Below, one piece after another: positions 40,548 through 55,095 of a DNA stretch of 64,000 bases. The notes beneath the pieces were generated by a model. It was not told the DNA's origin. It did no database searches and saw only the letters and a list, made by a program, of their open reading frames with translations. The translations under genes were made by a program, and so were the position numbers. Within the stretch, counting starts at the first letter, position 1. Every line of letters begins with the position of its first letter. The stretch comes from Octopus vulgaris (lineage: Eukaryota): positions 84,072,001-84,136,000 of the forward strand of contig OX597822.1 in the NCBI GenBank assembly GCA_951406725.2, written 5' to 3'.

Positions 40548-43500
40548 TGCAGTTGAGTTTTTCTTTCTTGATTAGTAAATGAATATGTGTGCCCCTACAT
40601 CTAGTCTTAAAATCAGTCGTGATATATATATCACGTGATCCATCAGGCTATCAGATGTTATTGCACATTGCTGGTCACAATGATACGCTTTGCATTGTTT
40701 TACCCTTCAAAAGATGCCACCCCATCTACTAGGTGAGCAAGCCAACATTTTCCCCAGATCAAAAAGAGGGGACTGGAGTAACGTAAAATGAAGTGTTTTG
40801 CTCAAGAATACAACGCACCACCCATATATATAAACACACACACGTGTATGTGTGTATGAGATGTTGATGCTTGGGTATGTGTGTATGTACAAAACAAAAA
40901 GGACAGATGAATCGAACATAGATGTCGATGACAAGTTGACCATAAAGGACTTGGAAATACTCGAAGGACTTAGAAATTCCTCAGTTGATAAAAAAAGTGA
41001 TACAACTTCTGAGATCTGAGATCCATGTTCGCGGCATACCTTGTACCAAATTGTGTTATTGGAAAAAAAACCAAAAATTGTGAATAGCACAACGAAATGA
41101 AATTATTGAAAGGGCTGTTCAATGAGTGAGTTTGTAATTATAGCTTTCCAAATTCCATTTTTATGTTTTAGAATTCTACTGCTGGCGATAGGGAGGCAAC
41201 GACAGGGAAAAATTGAGGATACTGCCAGAAATCATTTTATTGGAAATCTGTGCTATGGTAATTTCCAGGTGGTATTTATTCTCATACAAATGGTTCGTGA
41301 ATATTTCTGCAGTCTGTATCTCTAGTTAGTGACAAGGCGAGACAAAGCAGGCAAAAAAATGCGGTCATGCTGGGACACCTCCTTAAAGTTTTTTAGTCGA
41401 ATGTATCAATCGCAGTACTTATATTTTTAAAGCCTGTCACTTATTCTGAATGAATGAAAAAAAATTATCGTTTTTTTCAGATTGCCACATTTATCTGATT
41501 GGTTATACAATTTCATCAGTGGAAATAGCAGCTAAGAAGCGTCTAAACGTTGTATCTTCGTTTGTACACCTCAAGACGGCAGCTTATATTTTGAAACAAC
41601 TCTTGTCTCGCCCGTGTTAAACAACTTCACCTAGAAATATAGAAGAAAGTACGCCAACCGAACTGAGATTTAAGAGTCCAGTGTTTTCTGTATAAATTTA
41701 TGTTTAGTTTGATGTGTGATCATAGCTACATTCACCGAGCAATTTGTTGTCCATTTGGACTTGTGTCAGTCTTGACTCAAGTCCCCTGAAAAGCTCTGTA
41801 TCAGTTGCTAGTTGGCCTTATATCAAAAAGGAGTTGGGATACTACTCTTGAATTTGAAATGGGAGTTTTCCTGAACAAGGATCGACCGTAATTGCTTACG
41901 TGTCGACATGGCAGAGGGAAAGGCAAGTAATGTAGGTAAACCTACATTAACTAATCTTTTTAACAGATTGCTGATTAAGTTAAATCTCCGGAGATATGAA
42001 TGTAGTACTTGTAAAGCATAAAATAACGAGTAACATCCAGTGTACACTCGACGTCTCAAGTAAATCTGGATTTGCACCAATTTTCACCTCTCCAATTATT
42101 CCTTATTCAATATCTGCTTGGTAATAAAACTAAGTGAAGACACAAAATAGATTCGTACTTTCAGAAAAAAGTGCTAGTTTTGAGACTGGGTAAAGGGTGT
42201 AGTGTGTTTGTAACACACCTATAATCTTTCGCCGAAGAAGAAATATATTTATCAGTCCAGGCGACCCTTCACCTTGTATGGAACGCCGAAGCTAGACCAT
42301 TGTTGTCTCTGTTGGATGATAGAAATGGTTGAGCGCTAGTTTAAATATTTTACAATATTTACTGACATCGTGAGTTGTGGTTTCGCGGAATGGTAAATCA
42401 AAGAACGAAATGCTTTGAGGTACCTACGTACATTCCTTTGTTTTCTGATTTCATTTCATGCCAGACATGATTTTGTCTTCCACTTTTTTGGCGTGAATAA
42501 TTAAGGATGTGACAAGTACTGAAGCTGATTTAAAATGTGTAGCATTGTTATGCTAGAAATCAATATATATTTACGTCTTCCTTCTGATAATCATTATATA
42601 CGTACCAGTAATATACAGGGGTAAGTTAACAATGAAAGCTCCTCTATAAACTAATATCAAGAAATTTTTAAAACTAATTTTAGTTGTTACCAGGGTGATA
42701 GATTGGCAGTATCGTTAGAGCGTCAGACAAAATGCCGTGCAATATTTCTTAAGACTATTTATATCCTGTGTTCGAATTACTCCGGGGTTAGCTTCACTTT
42801 CCGTCCTACCAGCGTCGATAAAAATAAAGTATCAGTCAATCAGTGCGGTCGATGCTGTCGACTAAATTCCATTTAAGCTCTAACAATAATATTACTTTAA
42901 TTACCTTCAAATACCGCCGAGGTCGACCTAGCCTTTCATCTTTTTGAGATCGATAAAATAAATACCAGTTGTATAATAGGGTCGATGTAATAAATTTACC
43001 CCACTCTGATATTGCTGGCCTTGTGCAAAAATTCTTACTTGCAATTAGGGTTTAAAAAAGATTTTTAAAATTTTGATAGTAAAGTGCATACGCCTTTGGC
43101 TACGAAAGCCGTTGAGGATTGTGACAGCGATTTTAATCAATTGGTGCCGAACATTTTAATCGACAAGTTAATGCTACATAAGAGAACAGATTAAAAAAGT
43201 GTACAAAAGTTTCACCTGAGCTTCGCAGGGATAAAACAGGAACAGGAGTGGGAAAGTATGAACACACGAAAACATCAACTAAATTATTTAAATATATAAC
43301 AATTAAATTTAATTAGTAACTATTAAAATCGTAAAGAAGTTATGTTTTTATTTTTTTATTTCTAGATTGGTTTTAAATTTTTTATTATCACCAGTCATAA
43401 AATAATCAGAGAATGGCACAAAACTCGGCACACCGTGGGGATTTATAAAATTAATAGTAGAAATGAATTATCGTATTAAATATAATGGCAGAAAGTTATA

Positions 43501-44508
43501 AAAAATGTTCGGGGTAATTAAGTGGCTCTCATTTAAAAAGTACGTGGAGTTGAAAGACGAGTCAGTAGGAAAGTTATCAGATTGTGGTTCATGGAATTTA
43601 CGATTCGTATCTGATCCTCAACGTTGAGTAATCCGTAACTAGGAACATTCACATTCGAGCTCGCCTAAATCTGACTGTCTTTTAATTCGTAGATTTCAAA
43701 TGTTGTTTTTTTTCTTTTAGCCCGAGGTTCCATTGTTTGCTTGTTTTCGTTCTTGTTGTTGCAAATTAGCCCCAAGTAATCCCTCATTATGACACCCATA
43801 TTAAAAGGCGTTCGAATTTTCCCCACGTCTTTGTATGTCCAAGACTGCATTGCTCCTCTAATGTTTCACGCCATTCTAAAACAATCGAATGTAATTTGAA
43901 GGAAATGTTGCTATATTTTCCAGCAGATTGAACATCGCCTGAAAGTTCCTTCTTTGGTTCGTCCATATTCTGTTTGGCCGCAAACCCTTCCGTGTCTTGT
44001 AGCATTAAGTGGACTAAGAACTAATATGTTTGATGAGTTTGATTACATTCAGGCTATCACATTCAATACATCTGTGTGGGTCTAACTAACGAATCAACAA
44101 AGGGAGATCCACTACGTGTCGCCTTGACATGAAAAAAATGGCGGGCAAATCCCCCTCAAATAATGCTTTACAGTATTAGATAAAGGAGAGCACCTCGAAT
44201 GACGTTGTCGTACATACACTCGTAAGTATGGTCATGATTAGAATGCTTTCCAATGACAAGTCTTCTCGATCAGAGTTGACCAGGGACTAAAAACTACCGC
44301 TACCATCACCACTAATCAATGATTCGTTGATTTTGCGGTGTTGCTACTTCTCACCGCCACTAAATTTGTCGCATAGTACATCACAACCTACCTGGGTGTC
44401 AGTGATAGTTATAGTTTTCTTTTCCAATGACACATGGGAATGCTGACAACACAGTATGAACCGTCGATCTCTGGGTTAACTGTTTCAAAAGTCATTCAAA
44501 CACATAGA

Positions 44509-45157
44509 TACAGGGTGATGCAAAAGTAGGTATACTGTAATGTAAAAAGAAAACACGTACAATACTCATTTATTTTTATCAAAATGTTAAAAGTCACAAT
44601 AAAAGTATTATTATAGTTATGATGAATATATTATTATGATTAATAATGCTGAAAATATCTAAAATGAGGCTAACTAATTTAGTGTGCTGATAATTTTAAT
44701 GAATGAAATATTATAACGTTAGAAATATTAATATTTCTGAATTTCTCTAAAGGAGACTACGGCGGCAATACTGGATATTAATGGTTATCGCCAAGCTAAC
44801 ATGGCAGTCCAAGGAAATAAGACGAATGCTGCTGTTGATTAGCTCCTAGAGGCCATTGCCTCGAACTAGCTATGCGATACACAAACCTGTGTCCCTTACA
44901 GCCTTCGAACAGGGGAGGTCAGCAGCTTTCCCTTGATGGTTCAACACCCACAGACTAGTTTCGGGGTAATTGCTCCTTATCAATAAGGGGCAGCTGAATC
45001 CAGCAGGCGCCGCTGCTGACTGTCTATTCGAAGGTTTATTTACATTTATTCAGTGGAACACATCCACTAGTTTTCAAAAATAGAAATATTAATATCTCTA
45101 AATCTCTCAGATTGATGTGATACTTACTGTATACCTAATTTTGCACACACGCATGTA
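44509..45157. mobile_element. Tc1/mariner-like MITE
   Basis: TIRs tacagggtgatgcaaaagtaggtatac and gtatacctaattttgcacac..gta, TA-flanked. Interrupted by a hammerhead module. Confidence 0.55.
44947..44990 (-). ncRNA. Minimal type I hammerhead-like motif, U3-A8 variant
   Basis: Minus strand ccccuua UUGAUAA ggag-caauua-cccc GAAA CUAG UC uguggg, with palindromic ACUAGU and a GUC site. Lies in a module (44716-45075) homologous to the 31.1-31.5 kb foldback. Confidence 0.7.
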
Positions 45158-45647
45158 TAAATACTGCGAAGTAATATTTATTTAGTGATAATAATTATCA
45201 AACATATATATTTATATACTAACACTCACACACATACATAGTCTTTCACTGGTTTCAGTCTCTTGACAGCACCCATGCTTAAAGGGAGTTAATCAGTGGC
45301 GTCACTATGTCGCTAAGTTGCTTAGTTTTTTTATATCTGTATATCGAAGGGGAAGTTACATTGGGGATTAAGGGGACACAACATGACGCTTCGTTTTGCG
45401 CTTATATACACAAAAACATCCATATGTAGCAATCCGGTTGTCAACAGACACAGGCACTTTCGTCTCTCTTACAACTGACAAAACGGAACATTCAGAATGG
45501 GACAGAATAAGTGACAGGCTTTAAAAATATAAGTACTGCGATTGATACATTCGACTAAAATTCTTTAAGGAGGTGTCCCAGCAAGACCGCAGTCTAAGGA
45601 CTGGAACAAGTAAATATAAAAGAATAAAAGAATACATATATTCATAC

Positions 45648-45710
<63 letters not shown>

Positions 45711-45773
45711 AACGTACATAAATACGTATATATATTACTTATATATATATATATATATATGCTTACGTACATA

Positions 45774-45849
<76 letters not shown>

Positions 45850-45943
45850 ATCTTTCTATTATAGGCACAAGGCCTGAAATTTGGTGGGAAAGGACTAGTT
45901 GATCACAATAATAAAGATTATTACGAAGCATCATTACCATTAC

Positions 45944-45988
<45 letters not shown>

Positions 45989-46579
45989 ATCAATCTATAA
46001 AATTCGACTTTTAACATTTCCACTACATATATCTATTTCCACGCGTTTAAAATCTCTTCTCATTCATCTATCACATATTTTCCCACTCTTAATTTTCTCT
46101 TAATTTCTTCTCTTTCTCTAATTTACCTTTGACATTAAATCTATTAACGGGTTTTTAAATATAAGATCTGCATGGTTTGCAGTATTGGTGACAGATGTAA
46201 CCTTGTAACTTCCATTGGATTGATCCGATCACTCTGAGAGATCCCTGCGAAACGCCCTATGTCTTAGAATCGAAATCGACTTGCAAACCCTTCCACACTC
46301 TACACACGTTAAATCACCCGGTTTAGGATGGAGGACGTATGTATGTATGTATGTATGTATGTATGTATGTATGTATGTATGTATGTATGTATGCATGTAT
46401 GTATGTATGTATGTATGTATGTATGTATGTATGTATGTACATATGTATGTATGTATGTATACACACACATGTATATGTACTATAAACATGCAACGATATA
46501 TGCATACATACATATAGTGTGTGTGTAAGCATGCATACGCACACACATATACGTATGTGTGCGTATGCATATATATATA

Positions 46580-46860
46580 TCTATATATATATAAAACTGA
46601 GAATGTGTGTCTGTCTGAATCCCTAAAACTTGAGAACTACGCAACCAATTTCATTCAAATTTTACACAGGCCTTAGGGTCCAGGGAGCGTCGTGGGCAAA
46701 AGCATTTCTAACTTTTTGCCTAGGGCGAGCCCACAGCATTATCATATCTTCTCCACTATTTCAGTATTACGTGTTAAAAGTGAAACAAAAACATCTCTCT
46801 ATTGTCAAACTATCATATAAGAGGGATGAACCATTAACAGTGGGCATCCATTTTGCTAGA
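46580..46860 (+). mobile_element. Helitron-like 5' fragment
   Basis: TC-tatatatatataaaactgagaatgtgtgtctgtctg..., homologous to 37988-38220. Confidence 0.55.
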
Positions 46861-47570
46861 AGAAGATCCGCTATGGTCTTATATGCTAAACCACTGGTTT
46901 TCAATTCATATTAATCAAATTAATATTCAATTTCTCACCCTTATTATTTTAAATTTAAATTTAAACCCAGGACCATGTGTTTTGGAACGAAGTTTGTTAC
47001 CACACAGCCACACCTGCACCTATGTACGTGTGTGTTTGTGTGTGTGCATAGTTGTATATGTATACATTTATTTCTATACATATAGATGTATATGTATACA
47101 TGTATATGTGTAGATGTATATATATATAGATGTACATGTAATATGTACACATATATATTCACATATATACATGCATACATATATACACCCATACACACAT
47201 ACACATACACATACATAGGTGCAGGTGTGGCTGTGTGGTAACAAACTTCGTTCCAAAACACATGATCCTGGGTTCAGTCCCAATGTGTGGTGACTTGGCA
47301 TGTGTCTTCTGCTACAGCCTCAGATCAACAAAATCCTTGTCAGTAGATTTTGTAGACAGAAACTGAAAGAAATCATTCATATATATATATATGTATGTAT
47401 ATATGTAAGTCTGTGTGTGTGCCTTTGTGTTTTTCCCTCATCACTGCCTCACAACTGGTGTTCGTTTATTTACATCCCCATACCTTACTGGTTTCACAAG
47501 AAGAAACTGATAGAATAAGTACCAGGCTTATCAAAATAATAAAAAAACCCATTAGGCAGTATCTCATATC

Positions 47571-47653
<83 letters not shown>

Positions 47654-48009
47654 ATACATACATACATATATATATATATATATGGATTTCGTAGACAGAA
47701 ACTTAAAGAAATCAATCATATATATATATATATATATATTTAAGTGTATGTGCGTGACTTTGTGTCTGTGTTTATTTACATACCCATAACTTTCTGGTTT
47801 CACAAGAAGAAACTAATAGAATTAGTACCAAGCTTATGAACATAAAAATAGCACTACGCTGTGTCTCATATTTTTGTTTGCCTACTCAGTTGTATCTATC
47901 AATTTATCGTTGTGCGTGTGTATATATATATATAATACGCGCGCGCGCACATATATATATATGTGTACATTCATATTTTTTTAACAAAGACAATGTCTTT
48001 ATGTGTTCG

Positions 48010-48620
48010 TGTATTACTTATACATTCGAAAATTGCTGCACCGATCATAATGAAATTTGGAACACAAAATCGAAGCCTAGAGAGAAGGGTAATGCTGTGT
48101 GTTTCATACAATTTCATGGAACAAAATTACTGAATGGATCCTTAGGATATTTGAAACTTAGATTCAATGCATAAGGGCGGGCATAATGCAAAGTGCTTGG
48201 TTTGAATTTCAGATGGCTTAAAGGGGACAGAACCCCCCATGAAATTTCATAAATTTTCGATGTTGATGAAATTTCAACCGTGGGTAATTGACACACATCA
48301 AGAAGTGTTCTCAAAGTTTCCACTTCACATGAGGATTCTAAGACACCCTAATGGGGGCCTTAACTCCCAAATTTTAGTCATTTCTTTTATGATCCAAAAC
48401 TAAGTCTGAATGGATCTTTACGAAATTTGGGAATTATATTCTATGCATAAGGGCCACAACCCCCATGACAATTCATATATTTTTGCTGTTGATGAAATTT
48501 TAACCATAGATATTAGATACAAATGAAGTAGTATTTATAAAATTTCATTTCTTACAAGTTACAATGACCCCTTCATGGGGACTTAACACCCACAATTTTG
48601 ACATTTTATCTAAGCAAAGA
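48010..48620. mobile_element. Non-autonomous DNA element with ~280-bp internal duplication
   Basis: ctgaatggatc..atgcataaggg..cccccatga..gttgatgaaattt occurs at about 48130 and 48405. Confidence 0.45.
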
Positions 48621-50605
48621 CGAATAGTTGTGTTCTTGGAAGCTGTGGGGCCATCCAAGCATAGAAGATGAGCATTATTTGTAATTCAATGATACAACAG
48701 TGTAACAGTTTACTTTGGCATACACTTAGATTGTGATTTCTGCAATGTGCTGCATAAATTGTCAAGTAAATGATAGGCATCTTTTCCTCCACTGATTCAG
48801 TTGCAAAGTGTTGAGTAAAGTTATTTGATTGCAGATCTCCTTTCAGTCTTTTTATTATCACTGGGTCACACATAGTCCCCAGATGGTAACATTGATTTCA
48901 AGACCTTCCCAGATGAGTGACTGGTTATTCAAAGACATTTATAGGTTGTATATTTATTATATCTAGTTACGTATCAGTATAGTGGTAATTTGCAAACTCC
49001 AACTTTCATTTCTCCTTAGCCCTCACGTCACACAGTTGTTAATGTTTATTTCAGTTGGGTCACGCCCTTCCAATTACTATAGATTCGTAATGCATCTTAC
49101 GGCTGTACATGTCACCTTGATGGTGAGGAATACTACATTGGGAGTGGTAACGACTAGGGTACTCTAGCTGACTGCTTATTGTGATCATTCATCTTTTGGT
49201 TTCCTGTAGCTTTGCTCTCTTTTACAAACCCAGTGAACATATATTTCATATTTCAAAGAAATTCAAACAATAGATATAAGACGCAAGTTAAAAAGATTCT
49301 CAACAATTCAACTTCTTTTGTTGGCATTAAGATGCCCACCCCCAATACGGGCGTTAATTCTCACATTTTAGAGCACCATGACCTCCATTTTTCAAGATCA
49401 AAATCCTTTTAACAGGTTCTATAAGACTGGAATTTTGGAATATGCGCATAAAAATCAGGAGTATGAGATACATGTGGCTCGATTACAATTTTGTTTGGGT
49501 ATGTAAAGTGGGAAATAACCCTCATCTGCAATTTTGATGAAATTCGAAGCATAGGTATTCCAGTTCATTACAGAAAATATAACAGAAAAGTCTAATTCTT
49601 CAATTGTATGTAACTCGAGCATATATATATATATATATATAAATGTGTCTATATGTGTGTAAATATATATCTATGCATATTATATATACATATTTTCATA
49701 CGTATATTTAAATATATGTATACAAACATGTATATATACAAAGTCGTTTGTGTGTGTGGGTGTGTGGGTGTAACATTTGGTTTAGACATCTAACAAATTT
49801 TCACAAAGTCTTCTACGTATTAATATTCTGACAGAAAACTAAAAAGAAACTCTGTTTAGTTGAATTTTTAATTGAATAGAAATCTAAAGGGAATTACCAG
49901 ATGTCATAACCAGACATTAAGTAAGTGTCACAACCAGGACGGCGAAGTCAACGTGTAGTGCTAATACAGAACCATGTTCTGTAGTCGCAGGATTATTTTG
50001 ACATCGAATTAAACCTCAAGAACGAAACTTATTACAAGGCCTCAATTTGGGGAAGGAGTATTGTCGTTTATATTCAAGCTGATTTACTATCTTGCAATTT
50101 TATTGACAGTGATCTCGAAGTTTCATTGAACAACACATACTGAAACTGTGGATTGGTATGGCAACTTCTCTTAAATACCGATCTTTGAATTAAGAAGAAA
50201 GAAAATTGTTTGAAATCGTAGGACGACCAAGGATGGTAAAAATTCTAAAGAGCGACATTGTATACTTTTAATTGGAGTGTGGCGTGTTTAAGAAGAGGGA
50301 CAGGGAATAAATCAATGTTGAAACATAGAAAGGATTACTAGAAGTGGAATTGATGTGTTTTTAGGTAGGTAGCTATAAAGTATTAAGTATTTGAAAGTTT
50401 ATGGCTGGGAGAATGCAGCTAAAGAAACAAAGACATTGTAAAAAGCGAACAAAGTGCTCTTTCCGCTGCCTCCCAAACCTGCAATCGGCTGTTTTCCTTT
50501 CTCTTCATGGCACTCTCAAAACTGTCAGTATTTTTTACACAAACCGCCCCGGGATGCCCCTGCAGCAAGCTTTAACTGAAAATCGATCGCCAAGCCTGCC
50601 AATCT

Positions 50606-50666
<61 letters not shown>

Positions 50667-50908
50667 AAAAAACATGCATATATATATATACATATATGTA
50701 CGTACCTACCTTTACATGTATATATACACGCATATATGAGTACAGGACACCAAAAAAACGTCGAACACAATGAGAAACGAAAATATAGACACAAACCCAA
50801 GGAACTGGACATTTTTCTTAAACAACAAAAAAATAGAGTACAGGACAAATAACACAAGGAAAAAAAACCCTTCTTCAGTCACCATGGTTTCATCTACTCT
50901 ACGTTTCG

Positions 50909-50993
<85 letters not shown>

Positions 50994-51047
50994 AAGAGAT
51001 GGAAAAAAATCAAAGTAGAACATGCTAAAATAATTTTATAAAAAGCA

Positions 51048-51089
51048 TTTCAGTACCGGTTTCGGTCATTGAGACTTTTTCAACTGCAA
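51048..51089 (-). ncRNA. Minimal type I hammerhead-like motif, U3-A8 variant
   Basis: Minus strand uugcag UUGAAAA a-guc-ucaau-gac-c GAAA CCGG UA cugaaa, with palindromic ACCGGU, GUA site and stem I cag/cug. Confidence 0.7.
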
Positions 51090-51544
51090 GTATGAAAAAC
51101 AATTAAATTTTAGAAAAATTAAAAGATAGGTTTTTTAAAAGAATATTTTCCATGCCATTCAAATACAAGGGGCATTATCCTTGTTTCTGTCTTTTCTGTC
51201 TCTCATGTTTACTCTTGTGGGTTCGCGGTTGTTGTGAATTCTTGGCAGAGAAGAAGAAGAAGAAGAAGAAGAAGAAGAGAAGAAGAAGGAGGAGGAGGAG
51301 GAGGAGGAGGAGGAGGAGGAGAAGAAGAAGAAGAAGAATGCGCAAGTGCTATGATAGTAGTAGGATGTTAATTGGTCAAGTGCCCTGAAAGTGACTTGTT
51401 GTGGATGGTAGTAGTGATTGAATTCTTGAAATATATTTTTTGAATGTATCTCTTTTGAATTTTATTGACTAACAATAAAGAAGTGACACTGAACCAGTGC
51501 GTGTTTTTATTATTATTGGTATAACGAGCTTCCCAAGACAGAAG

Positions 51545-51575
<31 letters not shown>

Positions 51576-51624
51576 TGTATGTATGTATGTATGTATGTAT
51601 GTATGTATGTATGTATGTGTATGT

Positions 51625-51666
<42 letters not shown>

Positions 51667-51778
51667 AAAAGCAATAAAGATTCAAGTTAATTTAAATGAA
51701 TTTACTTGAATATGGTACCTAACTTAGATGCACCAAAAAACTATACTGATTTAACAATACAGTAATGTGGGGTGATTG

Positions 51779-51831
<53 letters not shown>

Positions 51832-54046
51832 TAGAAAGAGATCTAATCTGCTTCTGAGATGCTGTCAACATTGAAATTCTTCTTATGCAGTTTAGTTTTA
51901 AATCAGAAGCAATAATAACAAAATCAACGACTTACGCATCACTGGGATTCATAAACAACACCGCTCATTAAAATAGCTATAAACAAGACGAAACCACACG
52001 AAAAAATATTTTAAAACACATATAGTCGCCAAATGATTTTTCAGGAACTGCGAATATCATATAATAATTCTTTTAAAATGTCTGACATATTCTAGTTCAA
52101 AAAGAAAAGCGTTTTTAAATTTATATAATAACCTGTTTGTAGCAGTATAATATAGTAGTATATTGAAGTTATTTTATTTTGATTTTAGAATAATATAATA
52201 AACTGCTTTATATTCAAGCAGTGAGCGAACAGCGAGGAGAGAAAGATACCGTGGATGTTCAGACCAACGATGCTGGATATACTTCAGTTAGTTGATGTCT
52301 TATTTAGCTTTTTTTTTTATGCTGCTGTCAAATAAATATTTAGTTAAGACGCGTGGCATTTTTTTACAAACATGGTCTTGCTCATTTTTGTAAGAGAAAA
52401 AGGAAAAAGAAACTCTGTTTCATTCTGCCATTCCTAAGTTTATTTTAATAGAAGGGAATTAAGAAATATCATTAGCAGATGAGAGTTACAAGATATCATT
52501 AGCAGACATTTGGTAAGTGTCGTTAGTAAGAATGCGAAAACAATCTTTAGTCATCAGGAAAGATACACTGTAGTTACAGAATTATGCTAAGGTCGAATTA
52601 GGCAGTTGGTTATTTACCCAACGCATAAAACTGATTTAACATTGGTAAAAATGCTTCAAATTTAGGCGACGGTTATATTCCTCACTCAGAACTTGACCAG
52701 CATATATTTTACGGACGCCGAAATAATGCAGAGCAAAGTCGAAACCTCAGAACAAGACTAAGGCAACTAAAGATTGCAAGACATTTTGTTTATAGCATTT
52801 CACTAATCTCCCTTTTTTTCTCTTTTCCTTTTCTTGAGACCTGGGACGCATAAGACCGGTTACGTGGTTTCCATGGCCTATAAGTAAGTGAATTCACAAC
52901 ATGACCCTTGAACAGGACACCGGTCCATCATGGGCTTCAAAGGCAGCAATTTTGAGGTGAGGAGGACAAGTCGATTGCATTGACCCCAGTACCTGGGTGG
53001 TCACGCTGTATCTCTCTGAGAACTACGTTAAGAGCACGAGTGTCTGTGGAGTGCTCAGCTACTTGCAGGATGTTCTATTGATCGGGTGAACTAGAACCCT
53101 GGTCGTCGAAAGCGACGGAGTTCCAGAGGGGACAGGGGATAGAGTTAAGCATATTAAGACTGTCGTACTGAACCTCATCCGAGTAACAGCTGTTTATCTC
53201 AGTGTGGCAGTATCGTAGCTACCTTGACAAAGATATAGTATATCTGGAGCAACAGATCAGCTGGCTGTAACCAATATACCATGTCTGCTTAATCAGTTCC
53301 GATCTGCGACAAGCGCAGCCAACTTTTAACATTACCAAAGGAAACTGAATCCATGGTAAAAGAATGGCTGCAGTTGTGCGGAGCGAAAGAAAAATAAGTG
53401 GAGCCAAAACTGATAAGAAATAAACTCAAACGAAAATCATTTCCCAATATTTTTTGCACATTTCCATGTTAAAAATAATTTTATGCACTGCCATTGCTAT
53501 CAAATGCGGTGGATATCAAATCTCTGTCCTCTTGGATACAATATCAATCTAATTAAGAATTATAAACGTGGTAAGAATTGACTACGCTACTACAAGTGTT
53601 ACTGCATGGAATTATCTTTCGTGTTCCGACTAATTTTCATGGGAATCAAAGCTACCAATCATTAAAACTTTATCTTCCAATAATATAAATTTATTAATGG
53701 ATTAAGTTTCTTGCTCGGCATATAGCGTTCAGTGGACGTAATAAAGGAACGATTGGCCTATCAGTAAAAGAAGTGGCAATAAAACTCACATCATGATCCC
53801 AAACTCTTGTATAATTCTCGTGTTTTAATCGAAAATCGGAGAGCTTTAGTTAGAATTTTACATTTCTGATCTAGGTTAAACAATTGTGGTGTTAAGAAAC
53901 TCACTTTGCAGCTAAGTGCTTTCTGGTCCAGTTCTGCCACGCGGCACCTTGGGCAAGTGTGTTCTACAAGTGTCTTCTACTACAGCACGGACTGATCAGT
54001 GCCTTGTAAGGGAATTTGGTAGACAGAAACTCCGTGGAAGTCTGTC

Positions 54047-54096
<50 letters not shown>

Positions 54097-54873
54097 GCGT
54101 GTGTGTATGTGTATCTTTGTATCTGTGTTTGTCCCCACACAGCTTGGCAACCGGTAATGGTTTCTTTACATCCCCGTAACTTTGGCAAAAGCGTTTGCTG
54201 GAGTAAGTACCGGAATTAAAAATATAAGTACTGGGGTTGATTTGTTCGACTAGAACTCTTCAACGCGGTGCCCCAGCATGGCCGTAGTCCAGTACTAGAA
54301 ACAAGTAAACAGATGAAACGAGACAGTGAATAGCACACATACAAGACTCCCTCATATGCCGTATGTCTCAAAAATACATACATTACGGCGACAATTGATG
54401 TTTTAACGCAACAGTTACAAGGCCTGAAATTTTTGAAGTGGGGGTGGGGGCTTGTCATTTACATCGACCCCAGTACATGACTGGTACTTATTTTGTCTAA
54501 CCTGAAAGGGTGAATAGCAAAGTTGGCCTTAGCATAATTTGAACTCAGAGCATAAGGCCAGACGAAAGGCCTCTAAACATTTTGTCCAGCTTACCGGCTT
54601 TACTCCGACTCTAATATTATTCAGTGCTCTTTAATGCGGCGATCCAGCAGAACCGTTAACACACCGGAGTAAATGATATGCGGTATTTCCTATGTCTTTA
54701 TACTCTGAGTTCAAATATCGCACAGATTGACTTTGCCTTTCATCCTTTCATAAGTCCCAGTTATGTTCTGGGGTCGATGTAATCAACTTAGCCCCCCCCC
54801 CCCCCATCAAAAAACCACTGGACTTGTTCCAAATTTTGAAACCATTATTATTCAGTACTCTCATACTCTTTTA

Positions 54874-55094
54874 TTAATCCTTTCGATACCAACCCGACTG
54901 AAACCAACTCTGGTTCTGTAGTACGAACGTCTTGTTTTCTTAAGTTTTGAATTTAAATCTTCCACCAAACCTTAGTCACAATTTATGTTCCTAACACTAG
55001 CTTAATGATAACTAAGTTTTTTACTAAATTCTTTGTTATATTTAAAATTAATTGAAACACAGAGCATCTCAAAAGAAATACGGTAACGAAAGGT
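54874..55094. mobile_element. piggyBac-like MITE
   Basis: ttaa-tcctttcgatacc ... ggtaacgaaagg inverted termini. The right TTAA is not preserved. Confidence 0.55.
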
Positions 55095-55095
55095 C

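Noticed and set aside
43540-44010. Overlapping short minus-strand ORFs as possible host exons
   Set aside because: No recognisable homology and no consistent open frame between plausible splice sites.
50868-50910. GAAACGUA ... CUGAAGA on the minus strand (possible permuted hammerhead)
   Set aside because: No stem I pairing in that topology; at most a truncated remnant cut by (TA)n.
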